Shown: in pieces, positions 1-8,696 of the stretch
Numbering within the stretch: position 1 is the stretch's first letter
How the letters are laid out: the number at the start of each line of letters is the position of its first letter
Origin: Acidimicrobiia bacterium
GTDB taxonomy: Bacteria > Actinomycetota > Acidimicrobiia > Acidimicrobiales > Ilumatobacteraceae
DNA: 64,000 bases
NCBI GenBank assembly: GCA_032117595.1
Contig: JAULYZ010000087.1
Location: forward strand, 665 to 64,664
Direction of reading: 5' to 3'
Notes under the pieces: model-generated
The model's database searches: none
What the model was told of the DNA's origin: nothing
Seen by the model: only the letters and a program-made list of their open reading frames with translations
Position numbers and translations under genes: made by a program

Positions 1-2499
1 GGAACCGACCTGTGCGCTGTACGTACCGGATCGCGGGAACGCCGTGACGGCGGCAGTGGTTCCACTGGCGGTCCAGCCACTGGTGCTGGCCGTCTCGAAA
101 CCGGGGTTCACGAACGGATTGGTGAGTGGCGCTTGCACGACCAGCGTGAGCGTTGCGGTCTTGGTCTTTGCCGTGCCGGCACCTGTGATGGTGATCGGGT
201 ACGTCCCGGGCAGGGTTGTGGGCGAGGTGGCAACGGTGACCACGGTGGATCCCCCGGAGTTCACGGTGGGGGAGGTGAAGGTTGCCGTAGCACCCGTGGG
301 GAGACCCGATGCGCTGAGTGCCACCGGTTGCGCAGTCCCGGTGCGGCTCACCGTGACGGTGGAGGTGCCCGAGGCGCCCTGTGCGAGTGTGAGCGTGGTG
401 GGCGAGAGGCTCACGCCGAAGTCGCTGACGTTGAGTGTGTAGGCAACCGAGTACGCGCTGTCGGTCCCGGTGCCGGTGACCGTGATGAGGTGCGCGCCCG
501 CGGGAGTGCTGTTCGACGTGGTGACCGTCAAGGTCGAGGTGCCCCCAGCCGTGATCGATGCAGGGCTGAACGAGGCCGTGGTGCCGCTGGGAAGTCCGCT
601 GGCCGAGAGGGTGACCGGTTGCGGGTCGCCGAAGGTGACAGTGCTCGAGATCGTGGAGGTGAGCGTTGCTGCGCCGAAGGTGGCTCCGGAGTTGGGGTTC
701 GCCGTCATGGCGAAGGTCGAGGGGTACGGCGTCTTGCAGCCCGGGAGCGTGAAGGGAACGACGCGCGTCGACCAGTTGAACGATCCGCTCGACTTGAGGT
801 ACTCGGAGGTGAACCAGAACGTGCAGTCGTCCGCAGGGTCGATGTTCATCGAGGAGTAGTCGCCCCAGCGCCGCAGCGAGCCGGTCTGGGACCCTGAGCC
901 GGCCTGAACGAGCGTCTCGCCCTGAGTCATGAGGCCGCGCGGGTCGTGCGGGAACCGGCCGGTGATCGCGATTCCTGGATACATGCCCGAACTGGAGATC
1001 GAGTACCCGAGGGCGATGTTGCCGGCTTTGTCGAATGCAGCCGACGACATCCACCGTCGGCTCGAGTCGGGCGCGAAGGTGCCTTGCTGGTACACGCTCG
1101 GGGTGGCGCCGTCGGTTCCGCCGAGTCGAAGTTCGTACCACCGCACGCCGACCGTGCTGTTCACCGCAACCGCGTGCGAAGCGAGCAGCGCCTGACGGTC
1201 ACCGAAATTCCAGTAGGCGAGCCGGAACATGAGGCGGTCGCCGATCGAGTCGAGGGTGTTGGAGGTGCCGAGCTGCGGGATGCATGCGCCGCCCCCCGAA
1301 CAGGGAATCGAGTACGACGACACCGAGATCGTGGTGGGTCCGGTGAAGGTTGAGTTTGCCGGGTTCACGAAGTCGGGCTTGAACTTCCAGGCTGCGAGCG
1401 TGCTCGTGGTGGCGCCGCGCGCAACGTGCACATTCGGGGCCCCGGCGGGCGGCGGGGTCGGGCTGTCGAGATCGGCAGCGAGCAGTCCGCCGTAGGAGGA
1501 GCTGGTGTTGAAACAGACCTGCGTGGCCGGGAGGCCCTCGAGCATCTTGACTCGATCGAGCGCACACGACTTGCCGTTCCGCCAGGCGCCTGCGGCCGAG
1601 AACATGTTGTAGGTGATGTAGTAGGCGTCGGGCCAGACGCTCACCTTCGGGTAGTCGGGGAAGTCGGTGAACTGGAACGAGTAGCGGTACCACGTACCGA
1701 GCGCGTCGCCGCTCGTCGAGATGGCGACGCACTCGTAGTACGGACCGGAGCTCGAGGACACGTTGGCGAACTGCGAGACGAGCCAGCGGTCGGCGAGGCG
1801 GTCGTAACGCACCACGCCGTCACCGTCGTTGGTGGTCTCGCAGGGGCCGCCGAAGCCCACAAAGATTGCGTTGGTGTTGACGGGTCCGTAGATCCGGGTC
1901 CCGCTCTTGGTCTGCACGGTGAGTCCGCTGTTCACGATCGTGATGATCTGGTCGAGGCCCACCGCCGAGTTCGGGTCGGGCGGTGCGCTGTTCACCGTGA
2001 ACGTCGAGTACCCGCGTCCGATGCTGTCGAACGACGTGCCCACCGTCGGTGCTGCTGCGGTGACCGGAGCCGAGCCGGTCGTGGGTGCGGTGCTCGCCGT
2101 GCCGGCCGTGGTGATGGAGCGGGCCCCCCCGATCCGGACGCGCTGCACGGCTCCCTCGCCCGGAGTGCCCTCGGGGAGCGGCAGTCGCTTCTTGCGGTTC
2201 TGGGCCTTTGCACCCCGCTTGGTGGGAGCGGCATCGGAGGGCGCAATGCCCGGTGCGCTCGAGGCCCCGCCCACGGGAGCGGTGATGTCGCGCAGGGGTG
2301 GCGACGTGTCGGTCTTGTCAGTGGGATGGATCTCGACGTCGTCCCCGGTGAGCACCGCTGGCGATACGGCGATCGGCCGGACCGGGGATTCCCCGGGTGC
2401 GGTCGAGGGCGTCCCCGCCGTGCAGGCCTGGCCGACGGTCAGTGCAATGGCCGCCAACCCGAGACCCGGCCGAATGCGGTGCTTGGTCCGGTCCTTCAT
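1..2499 (-). CDS. secreted multidomain protein, 3' end cut by the window edge (signal peptide, large central domain, two Ig-like repeat modules, start of a CBM-like domain)
   Basis: Absent from the ORF track because no stop lies inside the window. Hand translation of the reverse strand from ATG (complement of 2497-2499, GGAG 8 nt upstream) gives MKDRTKHRIRPGLGLAAIALTVGQA... and I met no stop down to position 1. Central part contains RWGDYSSMNIDP. Two ~95-aa modules follow (LSASGLPSGTTASFSP..TLTVTTS, about 433-715; LSASGLPTGATATFTSP..VVTVATS, about 136-426), then NPGFETASTSGWT. Confidence 0.7.
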   Translation of the reverse strand, partial: MKDRTKHRIRPGLGLAAIALTVGQACTAGTPSTAPGESPVRPIAVSPAVLTGDDVEIHPTDKTDTSPPLRDITAPVGGASSAPGIAPSDAAPTKRGAKAQNRKKRLPLPEGTPGEGAVQRVRIGGARSITTAGTASTAPTTGSAPVTAAAPTVGTSFDSIGRGYSTFTVNSAPPDPNSAVGLDQIITIVNSGLTVQTKSGTRIYGPVNTNAIFVGFGGPCETTNDGDGVVRYDRLADRWLVSQFANVSSSSGPYYECVAISTSGDALGTWYRYSFQFTDFPDYPKVSVWPDAYYITYNMFSAAGAWRNGKSCALDRVKMLEGLPATQVCFNTSSSYGGLLAADLDSPTPPPAGAPNVHVARGATTSTLAAWKFKPDFVNPANSTFTGPTTISVSSYSIPCSGGGACIPQLGTSNTLDSIGDRLMFRLAYWNFGDRQALLASHAVAVNSTVGVRWYELRLGGTDGATPSVYQQGTFAPDSSRRWMSSAAFDKAGNIALGYSISSSGMYPGIAITGRFPHDPRGLMTQGETLVQAGSGSQTGSLRRWGDYSSMNIDPADDCTFWFTSEYLKSSGSFNWSTRVVPFTLPGCKTPYPSTFAMTANPNSGATFGAATLTSTISSTVTFGDPQPVTLSASGLPSGTTASFSPASITAGGTSTLTVTTSNSTPAGAHLITVTGTGTDSAYSVAYTLNVSDFGVSLSPTTLTLAQGASGTSTVTVSRTGTAQPVALSASGLPTGATATFTSPTVNSGGSTVVTVATSPTTLPGTYPITITGAGTAKTKTATLTLVVQAPLTNPFVNPGFETASTSGWTASGTTAAVTAFPRSGTYSAQVGS

Positions 2500-2589
2500 G
2501 TCGTCAACTCCACCCGCCCATACGCATGGTGCAGTCTAGGTCACTCACCGTCACCTCCCGCCGGGATCGTCGGCTCGGGACAGAACGGC

Positions 2590-3219
2590 CTACCTCCAGG
2601 CAAACACCGGCTGTTCGTACTCGTGGACCCGCTCGCAGACACCTTCGAGCGCCACCCGGCGGAACTGCAGCAGCACTGCTGCGGTCGGTGCGTGGACGAC
2701 CGACTCGCCGAGCAGGACCTGTACGACGGGGCGCTCGGACTCGGGGATGCGGATGAAGCGCGGCGAGTCCGGTCGCTGCAACTCGGTGAGCGAGACATGG
2801 TGCACCGAATGCACCTCGTCGGCGTTCGCCATGACGGTGAGTCCACTCCCACCCCAGAGCACCACGGGGGTGATCACATAGCCCGAGCGCGTGGGGTAGT
2901 CGTCGAGCAGGCCCAGCACGGAGTCGAGCCCGAGGACGACGCCGACCTCCTCGGAGAGTTCCCGGCGTGCCGCAGCCACAGGGTCCTCACCCTCGTCGAT
3001 GCGCCCACCCGGCAACGCCCACTGACCGGCGTGAGCACGCATCGCCGTTGCGCGTCGCGTGATGAGCAGCGAGGCCCCACCCGGATCGTCGACCACCACC
3101 ACGGCGACGGCGGCATGGCGCCTGCCCTCGAGGGGAACTTCGAGGCGTTCATGTCGAATGAGGCGGGCCGAGACGTGATCACGCCATGAGCCGCCGTCCG
3201 GTTCGACGAGGGATCCCAT
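2590..3219 (-). CDS. NUDIX hydrolase, CoA pyrophosphatase-like
   Basis: Nudix box GGRIDEGEDPVAAARRELSEEVGV, preceded by LLITRRATAMRAHAGQWALPGG (CoA-pyrophosphatase-type signature). Start moved to the internal ATG (MGSLVEPDGG) because the upstream 84 codons of ORF 2590-3471 are Arg/Pro-rich and run into the divergent gene. Confidence 0.8.
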   Translation of the reverse strand: MGSLVEPDGGSWRDHVSARLIRHERLEVPLEGRRHAAVAVVVVDDPGGASLLITRRATAMRAHAGQWALPGGRIDEGEDPVAAARRELSEEVGVVLGLDSVLGLLDDYPTRSGYVITPVVLWGGSGLTVMANADEVHSVHHVSLTELQRPDSPRFIRIPESERPVVQVLLGESVVHAPTAAVLLQFRRVALEGVCERVHEYEQPVFAWR

Positions 3220-3377
3220 CACCACAGGACGGAACGTAGATGATCCAGGGAGCGACGCCAGCACGCAGGCGGGCGCGCAGACGAGCATGCCGGGACTCCC
3301 TGTGCCGGCTCGGCGAGAAGTACCGTCGGGGCCAGGGGATGGCGCACCTGCGTCAGACGGGTCGGGGAGTTGGTTCG

Positions 3378-5210
3378 ATGGGCTCGAGTTTCGATGTCGG
3401 CGCACCGATGCAGGGCACGATCGTGGAGGTGCTGGTCCGCGTCGGCGACCTGGTGCGCCGTTCGCAACCACTGCTCATCATGGAGTCGATGAAGCTCGAG
3501 CACGTGGTCGAGGCCGAACAGTCGGGCTCGGTTCGCTCGGTCGGCGTCGCAGCAGGCGACACGGTGCTCGAGGGACAGGTGCTCGTCACGATGGAGGAGG
3601 CCGAGGTTGCTGCCGTGGTGGAGGCCGCTGCGCAGGAAGTCGACCTCGACCTGATCCGCCCCGATCTTGCCGAGGTGCTGCAGCGCCACGCGGTTGGTCT
3701 CGACGCGGCGCGTCCCGCGTCGGTGGAGCGGCGGCGCAAGGTGGCGCGCAGGACCACCCGGGAGAACGTGGCCGATCTCGTGGATGCGGGCACCTTCGTC
3801 GAGTACGGGCCGCTCGTGATCGCAGCGCAGCGTCGCCGTCGCTCGCTCGACGACCTCATCGCGAACACTCCCGGTGACGGCCTGGTCGGTGGCATCGGCG
3901 AGGTGAACGGGCACCTGTTCGCCGGACACTCCTCGAAGGTGGCGGTGGTCTCGTACGACTACACGGTGCTCGCCGGAACCCAGGGTGCGCAGAACCACCG
4001 CAAGAAGGATCGCGTCTTCGAGCTCACCGAGCGACTCGGCCTGCCATTGGTGGTCTTCACCGAGGGCGGTGGCGGGCGGCCCGGTGATACCGATGGCATC
4101 GGCGGCTCGGGCCTCGACTGCCTGGCGTTCTACCTGTTCGCCCGTCTCAGTGGTCGGGTGCCGATTGTCGCCATCAACAGCGGTTACTGCTTCGCCGGGA
4201 ACGCCGCTCTCCTTGGCTGTGCCGATGTGGTGATCGCGGCGAGGGACTCCAATATCGGCATGGGTGGTCCGGCGATGATCGAGGGCGGCGGGCTCGGTGT
4301 GTACGACCCGCACGAGATCGGGCCGATGAGCGTGCAGGTTCCCAACGGTGTCGTCGACATCGAGGTCGAGGACGAGGCGGAGGCGGTTGCTGTAGCGAAG
4401 CAGTACCTGTCCTACTTCCAGGGTCCGGTGGCCGAGTGGACGTGTGCGGATCAGCGTCTGCTTCGTTCCGCAATCCCCGAGAACCGCCTCCGGTCGTACG
4501 ACGTCCGCAACGTCATCACGCTGATGTTCGACACCGACTCGGTCCTCGAGCTGCGCCCACGGTTCGGGGTGGGGATGATCACCGCGCTGGCTCGTATCGA
4601 GGGTCGTCCGGTGGGCGTCATTGCGAACAACCCGAATCACCTTGCGGGTGCCATCGACAGCGACAACGCCGACAAGGCAGCGAGGTTCCTCCAGTTGTGC
4701 GATGCCTTCGACCTGCCGGTGGTGTCGCTCATCGATACGCCGGGGATGATGGTGGGGCCCGAGATCGAGAAGACTGCACTCGTCCGGCACTGCTCGCGGC
4801 TGTTCGTCACCGGGGCGAACATCACGGTTCCGATGGTCTCGATCGTGCTGCGCAAGTGCTACGGCCTCGGGGCCCAGGCGATGGCGGCCGGGACGCTCAA
4901 GGCGCCCCTCGCAACCGTTGCGTGGCCCACGGGAGAGTTCGGGGGCATGGGACTCGAGGGGGCCGTGCGCCTCGGCTATCGCAAGGAGCTCGAGGCGGCG
5001 GGTAGCGAGGCGGAGCGTGAGGTGCTGTACCAGCAACTGGTGGACCGCATGTACCAGCACGGCAAGGCGCTCAGCACGGGGACCTACTTCGAGATCGATG
5101 ATGTGATCGACCCGGCCGAGAGCCGCCGACTCATCAGCAGGACCCTGTCCGCCGCCCCAACACCGGCGCGGCGGGACCACAAGAAGCGACCGAATATCGA
5201 CACCTGGTGA
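3378..5210 (+). CDS. acyl-CoA carboxylase-type protein: biotinyl carrier domain fused to a carboxyltransferase domain
   Basis: N-terminal biotinyl/lipoyl-type domain (APMQGTIVEVLVRVGDLV..LIMESMKLEHVVEAE) followed by a two-lobed carboxyltransferase (VVSYDYTVLAGTQGAQNHRKKDR..EGGGGRPGD; GVIANNPNHLAGAIDSDNADKAARFLQLCDAFDLPVVSLIDTPG). GGGGAG lies 8 nt before ATG 3378. Confidence 0.85.
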   Translation: MGSSFDVGAPMQGTIVEVLVRVGDLVRRSQPLLIMESMKLEHVVEAEQSGSVRSVGVAAGDTVLEGQVLVTMEEAEVAAVVEAAAQEVDLDLIRPDLAEVLQRHAVGLDAARPASVERRRKVARRTTRENVADLVDAGTFVEYGPLVIAAQRRRRSLDDLIANTPGDGLVGGIGEVNGHLFAGHSSKVAVVSYDYTVLAGTQGAQNHRKKDRVFELTERLGLPLVVFTEGGGGRPGDTDGIGGSGLDCLAFYLFARLSGRVPIVAINSGYCFAGNAALLGCADVVIAARDSNIGMGGPAMIEGGGLGVYDPHEIGPMSVQVPNGVVDIEVEDEAEAVAVAKQYLSYFQGPVAEWTCADQRLLRSAIPENRLRSYDVRNVITLMFDTDSVLELRPRFGVGMITALARIEGRPVGVIANNPNHLAGAIDSDNADKAARFLQLCDAFDLPVVSLIDTPGMMVGPEIEKTALVRHCSRLFVTGANITVPMVSIVLRKCYGLGAQAMAAGTLKAPLATVAWPTGEFGGMGLEGAVRLGYRKELEAAGSEAEREVLYQQLVDRMYQHGKALSTGTYFEIDDVIDPAESRRLISRTLSAAPTPARRDHKKRPNIDTW

Positions 5211-5230
5211 CCGGAGCCTCGCTGCCGAAC

Positions 5231-6412
5231 TTAGGCACGGATGAGTGCCGAGAGCATCGCCTGCAGCTTCGCCTGGGTCTCGGCGAGCTCTGCGTGCGGG
5301 TCGCTCTCCGCCACGATGCCGCCGCCTGCGAACAGTCGTGCAACCCGGCGGTCGGTGTCGAGCAGGGCACAGCGAATGGTGACCGCCCAGGTGCCGTTGC
5401 CGTTGGCGTCGACCCAGCCGATGGCCCCGCCGTACGGACCGCGATCAACGCCCTCGAATTCGGCAATGAGCGCAAGCGCAGCGCTCCTCGGGTGTCCGCC
5501 CAGCGCAGGCGTTGGGGTCAGTGCATCGACGAGGTCGAGTACGTGTGCGTTCGGTTGCGACAAGCGGCCCTCGACCCTCGTGCCGAGGTGCTGCACGTTC
5601 GCAACCTTGATGATGGCGGGCTCGGGTTCCCAGTCGAGGTAGCTGCACCACGGCAACAGGGTGTCGTGAACCATGTCGATGACGATGCGGTGCTCCACCT
5701 GGTTCTTGGTCGAGGCGATGAGCTCGCTAGCAAGCCGTTCGTCGGTGGCGGGGTCGCCGACCCGAGGTGCGGTGCCTGCGAGCGGGTGAGATCGCACGAC
5801 GTCGTGGAGGCGCTCCACGAGGAGTTCCGGCGACGCACCGATGAGCCCGTTGATGCTGTAGCGGTACGACGAACCGAACGAGGCCCGCAGGCGCAGGAGC
5901 GTGGCGTGCACGTCGATCGGGGTGTCGGACTCGACGACGACGTCCCGAGCAATGACGGCCTTGGTGATGCGCCCTTCCCGCACGGCGTCGCGTGCTGCCA
6001 GCACGGCACGGAGATATCGGTCGGGGTCGACGCCGGGATGGATGCGGAACGACGCCGTCTGCGGGCGGGGCGGGGGTGGGATCTCGAGCCGATCGTCTGC
6101 TCCGTCGATGGTGGTGATCCAGCGCTCCCCGTTGGGACCCTTGCCAACCGTGAGGCGGGGGATGACGAGCGACCACGGCTGTCCGGGCACGAACGGCTTC
6201 GCTCCGAGCGCCACGGGCCCGGTTCCCGGCATGCCGACCGTGTCGTCGACATCGACCTCGGCGAGGACGTCCCTGATCTCGGCTGCATCGACGACTGCGG
6301 CGACGCCCCTGCCTGCGAGGCCCACTCCATCCCGAACGAACAGGAATCCGGAATCCGCTGCGATGTCGTTGAGGTCGACGTCGTGATCGAGGGGTCGGGT
6401 GACCGCGCGCAA
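5231..6412 (-). CDS. menF: isochorismate synthase (menaquinone-specific type)
   Basis: Chorismate-binding enzyme motifs: GASPELLV, HPLAGT, TPALGGHPR, GPYGGAIGW, FAGGGIVAESDP. TTG start 4 nt after the menG stop. Confidence 0.85.
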   Translation of the reverse strand: MRAVTRPLDHDVDLNDIAADSGFLFVRDGVGLAGRGVAAVVDAAEIRDVLAEVDVDDTVGMPGTGPVALGAKPFVPGQPWSLVIPRLTVGKGPNGERWITTIDGADDRLEIPPPPRPQTASFRIHPGVDPDRYLRAVLAARDAVREGRITKAVIARDVVVESDTPIDVHATLLRLRASFGSSYRYSINGLIGASPELLVERLHDVVRSHPLAGTAPRVGDPATDERLASELIASTKNQVEHRIVIDMVHDTLLPWCSYLDWEPEPAIIKVANVQHLGTRVEGRLSQPNAHVLDLVDALTPTPALGGHPRSAALALIAEFEGVDRGPYGGAIGWVDANGNGTWAVTIRCALLDTDRRVARLFAGGGIVAESDPHAELAETQAKLQAMLSALIRA

Positions 6413-6416
6413 CGGA

Positions 6417-7136
6417 TCAGTCCCGGGTAGCGGTGATGAGTTGGGCAGCCCCGCCCGTGAGGAGTCTCCGCTCGACGTCGTGGAACCCGGCCCGTTCGAG
6501 ACGGGACAGCATCTCCGGTGCGGGGGGCAGATAGGCGAGCGACTTCGGGAGGTATTGGTACGCCGAGCGGTTCGAGAGGAGTGCTCCGATGCGGGGCACG
6601 ATGCGGTGGAAGTACAGGCCGTGCCCCCATCGCAGGAGCCGGTTCTCGGGTTCGCATGCGTCCACCAGAGCGATCCGGCCGCCGGGCCTCACCACCCGCG
6701 CGAGGTCATCGAAGAAGGCACCGAGGTCGACGAAGTTGCGCAGCGCGAACCCGCACGTCGCCCCGTCGACCGAAGCATTGGGGAACGGCATCCGGCACAC
6801 GTCGGCCTGCACGCGCGGGGTCCCACTCCGCCGGTCGGCGCTGAGCATGCCGAAACTGAAGTCGACCGAGAGCGGCACCAGACCCTGTCGGTTCAGCTCG
6901 ATGCAGAGGTCGCCGGTTCCCGACGCAAGGTCGAGCACGGAACTGCCGGTGGCGAGCCGCAGGTCACGAACCGCTCGTCGGCGCCAGCGCACGTCGAGGC
7001 GGAACGTCATGAGACGGTTCACGAGGTCGTAGCGCGGGGCGATCGTGTCGAACATCTGCTGGACCGCACGGTGTTTCTCGGCACCCGTGGGCAGCGCATC
7101 CGATGCAACGGTGGACTTGCTCCCGGCGCGCTTCAT
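6417..7136 (-). CDS. menG: demethylmenaquinone methyltransferase (UbiE/MenG family)
   Basis: QQMFDTIAPRYDLVNRLMTF N-terminus, SAM motif VLDLASGTGD, RVVRPGGRIALVD. Confidence 0.9.
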   Translation of the reverse strand: MKRAGSKSTVASDALPTGAEKHRAVQQMFDTIAPRYDLVNRLMTFRLDVRWRRRAVRDLRLATGSSVLDLASGTGDLCIELNRQGLVPLSVDFSFGMLSADRRSGTPRVQADVCRMPFPNASVDGATCGFALRNFVDLGAFFDDLARVVRPGGRIALVDACEPENRLLRWGHGLYFHRIVPRIGALLSNRSAYQYLPKSLAYLPPAPEMLSRLERAGFHDVERRLLTGGAAQLITATRD

Positions 7137-7143
7137 GACCGGG

Positions 7144-7149
7144 AGGCTA
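7144..7149 (-). promoter_or_regulatory. -10 hexamer TAGCCT, leaderless-type, menG
   Basis: Minus strand TAGCCT, 7 nt, ATG (7136). No SD. Confidence 0.4.
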
Positions 7150-7199
7150 ACGGCAGGTCTCGGGAGCCCGTTCTGCCGCGTGGTCGGGCCGAGATCGGC

Positions 7200-8036
7200 T
7201 CAGCCGCCGCTCCCCTGGATGAGCTGTCCGGTGCGCATGCCCTGCACGCGGCGCTCCATCACATCGATCCAGGCCGGGTGGGTGACGATCCAGAACTTGT
7301 TGTTGACGATTGCGTCGAGGACCATCTCGGCGACGTCCGAAGGGTCCTTGCCGAGCGTGGCGAGCATCTTGCCGGCCCGGTCCTGGAACTGCTTCTCGGT
7401 GTTGGAGAGCTCGTTGCGGGCCACGGTGTTCGGCTGGTTCCGGTCGCTGAAAACGATCTTGGTGTTGACGGCGCCGGGACACAGCACGCTTGCACCGATG
7501 GGCTCCCTGGCGGCGTCGAGTTCCGCGCGCAGCGACTCGGTGAGGCCGACAACGCCGAACTTCGCAACGCTGTAGGGGGCGATGGTGGCGGGGCCCTGCA
7601 GGCCGGCGACCGATGCGGTGTTCACGATGTGGCCCCCACCCGAGGAGCGGATGAGGGGGAGGAAGATCTGACACCCCCAGATCACGCTCCACAGATCGAC
7701 CCCGAGCACCCAGTCCCAGGTCTCCTGCGGGATCTCCGCGACGAGTCCACCCCGGACGACGCCCGCGTTGTTGTGCACCACGTGGACGGCACCCCACTGC
7801 TTCATCACCGTGTCGGCGAGCGCCTCGAGCTGGGTGCGGTCCGCAACGTCGGTGCGCACCCCGATGACCTCGTGCCCGGCGGCGCGCAACTCGGCGACGG
7901 CGCTGTCCAGCGCGGCGACCTCGATGTCGGCGAGTGCCACCTTCATGCCCTGGGCGCAGAGCAGGTTGGCGACCGCTCGGCCGATCCCACTCCCGGCTCC
8001 GGTGACGACCGCAACGCGTCCTGCAAGATCCTTCAT
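7200..8036 (-). CDS. SDR family oxidoreductase
   Basis: MKDLAGRVAVVTGAGSGIG Rossmann motif, NNAG, catalytic YSVAK. GGGGGA SD precedes ATG at 8036. The longer 8081 start would read through a 22-bp palindrome. Confidence 0.85.
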   Translation of the reverse strand: MKDLAGRVAVVTGAGSGIGRAVANLLCAQGMKVALADIEVAALDSAVAELRAAGHEVIGVRTDVADRTQLEALADTVMKQWGAVHVVHNNAGVVRGGLVAEIPQETWDWVLGVDLWSVIWGCQIFLPLIRSSGGGHIVNTASVAGLQGPATIAPYSVAKFGVVGLTESLRAELDAAREPIGASVLCPGAVNTKIVFSDRNQPNTVARNELSNTEKQFQDRAGKMLATLGKDPSDVAEMVLDAIVNNKFWIVTHPAWIDVMERRVQGMRTGQLIQGSGG

Positions 8037-8061
8037 CGATTCCCCCTTGTCGGTGATGATT

Positions 8062-8083
8062 CCGTGGTGACCGGTCACCACGG
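8062..8083. promoter_or_regulatory. perfect 22-bp palindrome CCGTGGTGACCGGTCACCACGG (operator or tail-less terminator candidate)
   Basis: All 11 base pairs of the inverted repeat checked by hand. Lies 26-47 nt upstream of the SDR start (8036) and 57 nt downstream of the MaoC stop (8140). Confidence 0.5.
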
Positions 8084-8139
8084 GGCGTCACCCCGACGGC
8101 AACCGTTCTTGATGCTGGTGAGGCGACGCGCTCTGCGGG

Positions 8140-8598
8140 TCAGACGTAACTGCGGAAGATGATCTCGGCCACGCAGCTCGGCTTGGAGGCGCCCTCGCAC
8201 TCGAAGGTGAACTCCATGGTGGTCTCGACACCGCCAGCGATGTCCTTGACGTCGAGCAATTTCACCCCGAGGCGCAGGCGTGCGCCGACGGGGACCGGTG
8301 AGGGGAACCGGACCTTGTTGCCGCCGTAGTTGACGCCCATCGAGAAGCCGTGGATCTGTACCACCTGCGGGTACATCACCGGCCCGAGGGACAGCGTGAG
8401 GTAGCCGTGTGCGATCGGCGCACCGAACGGGCCCTTCTTGGCGCGCTCCACGTCGACGTGGATCCACTGGAAGTCGCCGGTTGCCTCGGCGAACTGATTC
8501 ACCCGCTCCTGAGTGATCTCCATGTACGGGCTGTAACCGAGGTGTTGGCCGACGAGCGACTTGAGCTCGTCGGCACCGTTGATGACACGTGCAGACAT
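8140..8598 (-). CDS. MaoC-family (R)-hydratase/dehydratase
   Basis: Hot-dog fold signature QERVNQFAEATGDFQWIHVDVERA..GAPIAHGYL. Start set at MSARVINGADELK; the track start at 8676 adds 26 atypical residues. Confidence 0.8.
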   Translation of the reverse strand: MSARVINGADELKSLVGQHLGYSPYMEITQERVNQFAEATGDFQWIHVDVERAKKGPFGAPIAHGYLTLSLGPVMYPQVVQIHGFSMGVNYGGNKVRFPSPVPVGARLRLGVKLLDVKDIAGGVETTMEFTFECEGASKPSCVAEIIFRSYV

Positions 8599-8684
8599 GT
8601 CCCTTGTGTACCAGACCGACCGACCCCGCCGAAACGGGACGGGAGTGGTGCCGCCGGGTCGGGGCCCACTGCCCACCGGCCAAC

Positions 8685-8690
8685 TAGGTT
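8685..8690 (+). promoter_or_regulatory. -10 hexamer TAGGTT, leaderless-type, LLM gene 8697
   Basis: TAGGTT, 6 nt, ATG. Confidence 0.45.
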
Positions 8691-8696
8691 TCGGCC

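Noticed and set aside
2425-2499. A lipoprotein lipobox in the N-terminus of the secreted protein (..LTVGQAC..).
   Set aside because: The residues before the Cys (G-Q-A) do not fit the L-[AS]-[GA]-C lipobox well. An ordinary signal peptidase I site after GQA is at least as likely.
1426-3189. A 587-aa plus-strand ORF, and other plus-strand ORFs over 44-2539.
   Set aside because: They are antisense to the secreted-protein gene (1-2499, minus) and the NUDIX gene, and span the gap between them. They have low-complexity, Arg-rich composition and no motifs.
6399-8162. A 587-aa plus-strand ORF across menG and the SDR gene.
   Set aside because: It is antisense to two genes with clear SAM-methyltransferase and SDR motifs, and crosses their intergenic spacer.
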